A stretch of DNA of 56,357 bases from Octopus bimaculoides (lineage: Eukaryota): positions 45,682,067-45,738,423 of the forward strand of contig NC_068982.1 of the NCBI RefSeq assembly GCF_001194135.2. Reading direction: 5' to 3'. This document shows positions 52,086-56,357 of this stretch, in pieces (position 1 is the stretch's first letter; each line of letters starts with the position of its first letter). The notes under the pieces are model-generated. The model had not been told where the DNA came from. It saw nothing but the letters and a program-made list of their open reading frames with translations, and ran no database searches. Both the position numbers and the translations under genes were made by a program.

Positions 52086-53725
52086 GAGCCGTTATACCGA
52101 TTTCGTTATTACCCATAAAGGGTTATACAAAGAATTTTTAAGACATCACAAAACAAAGACAGTACAAAACGCAAACATAAATTCGGGGTAATTAAAATAA
52201 AATGATAATATGCAATAATGAAAAAAATGAGGCGCAATGTCCACTCGATCCCCGAAGTCGGGTGGTTACATTTATCCAGTTTTTCACTTTTACGTTCAAC
52301 ATCATGTAAACATTTTAACGGTTTTGCAACTCAAAAAATTGAAATACTCGCGTTATTTTTCTTCCATTAATCATTGTTACGTCCGTCCTTAACAACTGCA
52401 AATAATCAATTCGTGGGGGTGGTGTCTCCACCAACCATATCCGTTTCGTTATTATATTTTCACCAAGTTCTTTTATGCACTTGAAGCATCTTTCCTCACG
52501 TATCAAAATTCATTTTTCAGCACATTTCTCCGGCATTTTCACTCTTATTATTTCTTCTAACCTCTCGACTTTTCTCTCCATCTGCTCGCAATTCTCGTAC
52601 TTTATCAAACCCCCCTTATATTTCACATCTTTAACCGTTCTCTCCTCCTCTTCTTGTACATTATTAGTTTCTGGCTTTTTTATCTCTTCTTTGTTTTCTG
52701 TTGACCGTTCCTTTGACTTATTTTTCCTTCGCTTTTTAGGGTTAGTAGCTTCATTTTCGTTCTTCTCCTTTGTTTTCTCTGTTTCACACTTTTGTCTCTC
52801 TTTTATTTCCTCAGTGTGGTCTACAATTCTTTCCTCCTCTGTTTGTACTTTCTCTTGCCGTGGCTGTGTGAACTCATATAGGGGGCATTTGGTCTTCATA
52901 TGACCTCTCTCCCCGCATATATAACAATTTGGTTTTCTTCCCTCCACTACGACATTTAACGTTTTCTCGTCCTCCATTTCTATCTGGTAGGGAATTCTTT
53001 CTATGTCCTCGAATATGGCAAAAAGCCACATTTCGAGTCCAAATCCCCACCATTTGCACACTTTTGTTTTCGCCACTGGTCCCAATTGCAGCTCCTCCTT
53101 AGTTGCAGCCAGCACTGTTGCAACCAACCACTCTGGTTTAATATCTGGTGTAATTCTGGGAATTCATATTTTCACACTTCTTGTTCCTCTATAGCTTGGT
53201 AGCAATGCTATTTTCTCACTTCTTAATATGTTGGTTGCATGCTTGGTTGCCTCTTCTATAGTGGCGAACCTCATCTCAACCGTACCGAACTTTCTTCCTC
53301 TGTTGATGTACGTGGCCCCATTGACAATTTCACCCAGTCACTCCTCGATTTCCTCTTCCGTCACCATTTCAATTTTACCGGTTTCTACAGCCGGTGTACG
53401 ATACACTACTGTCCTGAGAATTTTATTTTCTTTAGTCTCTTTTGGGGGACACAATTTGTACGAGTCTCCTTCAACTTCTATCAAATTCCTGCTTCTGGTC
53501 ACCTCCTCCATATCCAACTTGATTAACTTGGTTTCTAGCGGCACTGGCTTCCTCACCGCAGTGGCTTTGGCGTAGCTCTCCATACTGGAGACACTACCAC
53601 TTACCATAGCTGGGAAAAATGCAGCAGCTCACGCGAAATGCAACCGTAATAATTCCACAAAAATCAGAATTATTCACCGAGACAGTTTTCACAAAGTAAC
53701 ACAACAGTATTCACAATTATTCACG
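52086..53725 (-). mobile_element. ORF1-only L1/Tx1-type non-LTR retroelement, copy 2 (pseudogenised)
   Basis: ~120-nt 5' UTR, then one reading frame 53607->52315 (430 codons) broken only by TGA at 53340-53338, 53166-53164 and 52512-52510. Contains an RRM-like segment (RGRKFGTVEMRF), NVVVEGRKPN-CYICGERGHMKTKC (CX2CX4HX4C) and a K/E-rich linker, followed by a ~230-nt T-rich 3' UTR. Confidence 0.8.
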
Positions 53726-53770
53726 AAGCATTTCGCCCGGCATGCTAACAGTTCTGCCAGCTCGCCGCCT
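53726..53770 (-). mobile_element. Head-only family A SINE abutting the 5' end of the ORF1-only element
   Basis: AAGCATTTCGCCCGGCATGCTAACAGTTCTGCCAGCTCGCCGCCT is the reverse complement of the first ~45 nt of family A. Confidence 0.75.
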
Positions 53771-55944
53771 TTTTAAATAGGTATCAATATTGTACTAACA
53801 ATGTAAGACTCATCCCTTTAAATATGGGAGCACAGTGAAATTATTGCTAGCATTTTCATATTAACCAGCAGTGCTAACTTAAAATCTCTACTATGCAATT
53901 CCTTCCTTAGAACTGAATGGTGGATTGTTGAATTTACAAGTGGAAGCAGCAGTAATAGTGGTAGTAGTACTTGTGTTAGTAGTGGTGTGTGCTGTAGTAT
54001 ATGTAGTAGAAGCAATAGTAAGTCTTCGTCGTCATAGTATGAGTAGTGGTGCTGGTAGTAGTAGTAGTAGCAGGAGTAGTGGTGGTGGTAATGGTAGTAG
54101 TAGTCGGAGGAGGAGTGGTGGTGGTGGTGGAAGTAGGAGTAGTGGTGGTAGTGGTGGTGGTGGTAATAGTAGTAGTAGTCGGAGGAAAAGGAGGAGGAGT
54201 GGTGGTGGTGGTAATAATAGTAGTAGTCGGAGGAAGGGGAGGAGGAGTAGCAGCGATAGTTGTAGTAGTAATACCATCCTGTTTACTGAAATCATGATAA
54301 CCATTATAGTACCTTTCACTTTTACAAATAAACTTTGAAAGAGCTTTGGAAAGAAATATTTAATTTTTTCTGAATCGAAAATAAAATGAAAGAAGATAAT
54401 TAAATAAATAAATAATTAAATAAATAAAAAAAAAAATAATAAATAGATGGGAAAGAAGAGAGAATGAGCAGCAGTGAAAAGAAGTAAAGAGTGAGGAGAA
54501 AAAAATAAAAAGCAGAGATAGCGTTAGTGAAATTATAAAAAAAAGAAAGAAAAAGAAATGCACGAACAGAAGAAAGGGAAGAGGCTCAGGGTTGGGGAGC
54601 GAGGTGGGGTTGGTTTCCTTTGTTATTCATAAACCCCGCTAAAACAGCCAACCAAAGTACCAGCTGGAATTCTGTAAATAATCCATCGAATCGGGTTGAA
54701 TGAAATATTCCAACAGGCTATAAATTAATATCTAAGAACTGCTGGTTTTCATACAAATTATGTTTTTTTTATCTTTTCATCCTCCACCGGTTCCTCCTCC
54801 TCCTTCATCGTCGTCATCATCATCACCAACGTCATCGTGTTTCACCGTCGTCGTCGTCGTCGTCATCATCAACATCTTTACCATCGTCATCTTTATCGTC
54901 AACACTAGTACTACCGATACCACCAACCTACCAGCACCACAACTATGACAGATATATTTCCCACTAGTCAATACACCACTGCTTTCATCCCGCCCCGCCA
55001 GTTTCCATCATCATCATCATCAGCAGCAGCCTCTTGATATTCATAATTAATGCCATCATCACTGTACCACCTCCAATACTATGGCCACTGTGTTCCCATC
55101 CACCCCTACGACCGTGTCCCCTACTAGCAACATAATCATGAGTAAGACCATCACGATCATGAATACCACCACCACCACCACAACCATCACCACCACCGCC
55201 GCCGCCGCCGTCGTCATCATCATCATCATCCCCATCACTAGCCACGCATTTGGACAAGCCAACTCAAATCATTTGTGTTAATAAGATTAGAATCAGATCA
55301 TAAATACTGCTCAGCTCAAACAAGAGATCATGTTCTGCAACACTTCAAAGAGGATTTAGCGGATAGTTTGCTGATGAGATAATCTCATTTCAGAGCAAGT
55401 TTCTCTCAGTAACGCAACATTCATGAGTGCAGGTTCGTTATTTCCTGCTTTGGACAATTAAGTAAATCTCTCTCTTTGTCAGATCATTCAGGATCTTAAT
55501 GAAATACCTGCCAAAGTTCGTTAAAGTGACTTGACTGACAAAACTTATTGTTGCTACTGTTGTCGTTGTTTTTGAGGCCTAGATAGGCTCTGATTCTGTT
55601 TTGCTTTGCCTTGAACCCTCAGCTCTTGATAGAATCCTAAGGGCGATGTCACAACATGTAGCATATCTTAGGCATTGTTTTAGAAATATTGGAGCCCATT
55701 CCACACCAGGTCTAACCACAGACGATTTCTTTTTGGAAGAGAGATAGAAAAACAGAAGAAAAATAAAAGGAAAGAGGAGAACCAAGACTAGTACTGAGAG
55801 CACGTCTTTTTTTCCTCGATCCTGAAGAGATGAAACGTGAAATTGACGCGAGAAGTATTTGAACACAGGGCGCAGTAATCTGAAACGAATATAATATATC
55901 CAACGCTCTAACGAGTCAATAATTTTTAATACTACAGACATATA

Positions 55945-56150
55945 AAGGCGGTGAGCAAGCAGAATCGTTAGCACGCCGGGTGAAATGCTTAGCAGCATTT
56001 CGTCTATCTTCATATTTTGAGTTCAAATTCCGCCGAATTGAACTTGCATCCTTTCGAGATCGATAGAAGAAGTATCAGATGATTTTTGGAGCCCATGTAT
56101 TACCTCTCCCCCGAAATTGATAGTCTTGTGCCAAAATTTGAAACCAATAT
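55945..56150 (+). mobile_element. SINE family A copy
   Basis: AGGCGGTGAGCAAGCAGAATCGTTAGCACGCCGGG...GAGTTCAAATTCCGCC. Confidence 0.8.
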
Positions 56151-56357
56151 TACAGACCTATGATGACAGATGTTGCAAACGTGATAATCTCATATTGGTA
56201 ATTTTGTTTCAAATATAAATGGTTTTAAGTTTGCATTTTCCTATTGGTCTTTTCCTTTTTAGAATACGTTAATGTAAAATATGAGGGCGATTCAGTTGCT
56301 ATTTTTAGCAGATCGAGCAACTATGTAGAGGCTTCAATAATCAACTATGATACAAAT

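Noticed and set aside
55579-56013. 144-aa minus-strand ORF as the missing first MARCH exon
   Set aside because: It starts in a SINE, ends in a stop within a repeat fragment, has no usable phase-2 donor and shows no MARCH similarity.

Overview
AT-rich, microsatellite- and SINE-dense eukaryotic genomic DNA with nine N-gaps. The repeat families look like those of a coleoid cephalopod (Octopus-like); this is recalled, not verified. One host gene is well supported: a minus-strand MARCH2/3-type RING-CH membrane E3 ubiquitin ligase, with a RING-CH exon at 45022-45226 and a two-TM exon at 30363-30572, joined in frame across a 14.4-kb intron. Its first exon and its conserved last coding exon were not found. 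Most of the remainder is transposon-derived: several modular tRNA-derived SINE families (one in a six-copy tandem array), a mariner transposase remnant, decayed R4/Dong-like LINE pieces and foldback MITEs. The most unusual object is a head-to-tail pair of ~1.6-kb L1/Tx1-type retroelements (50644-53725). They carry only an ORF1 (RRM-like, CCHC knuckle, unknown C-terminal domain) with no RT/endonuclease, and share a 3' tail with a local SINE: a candidate invertebrate 'half-L1' system. Family letters A-H are my own working labels. Repeat boundaries are approximate (about +/-20 nt); exon boundaries were read at base level.
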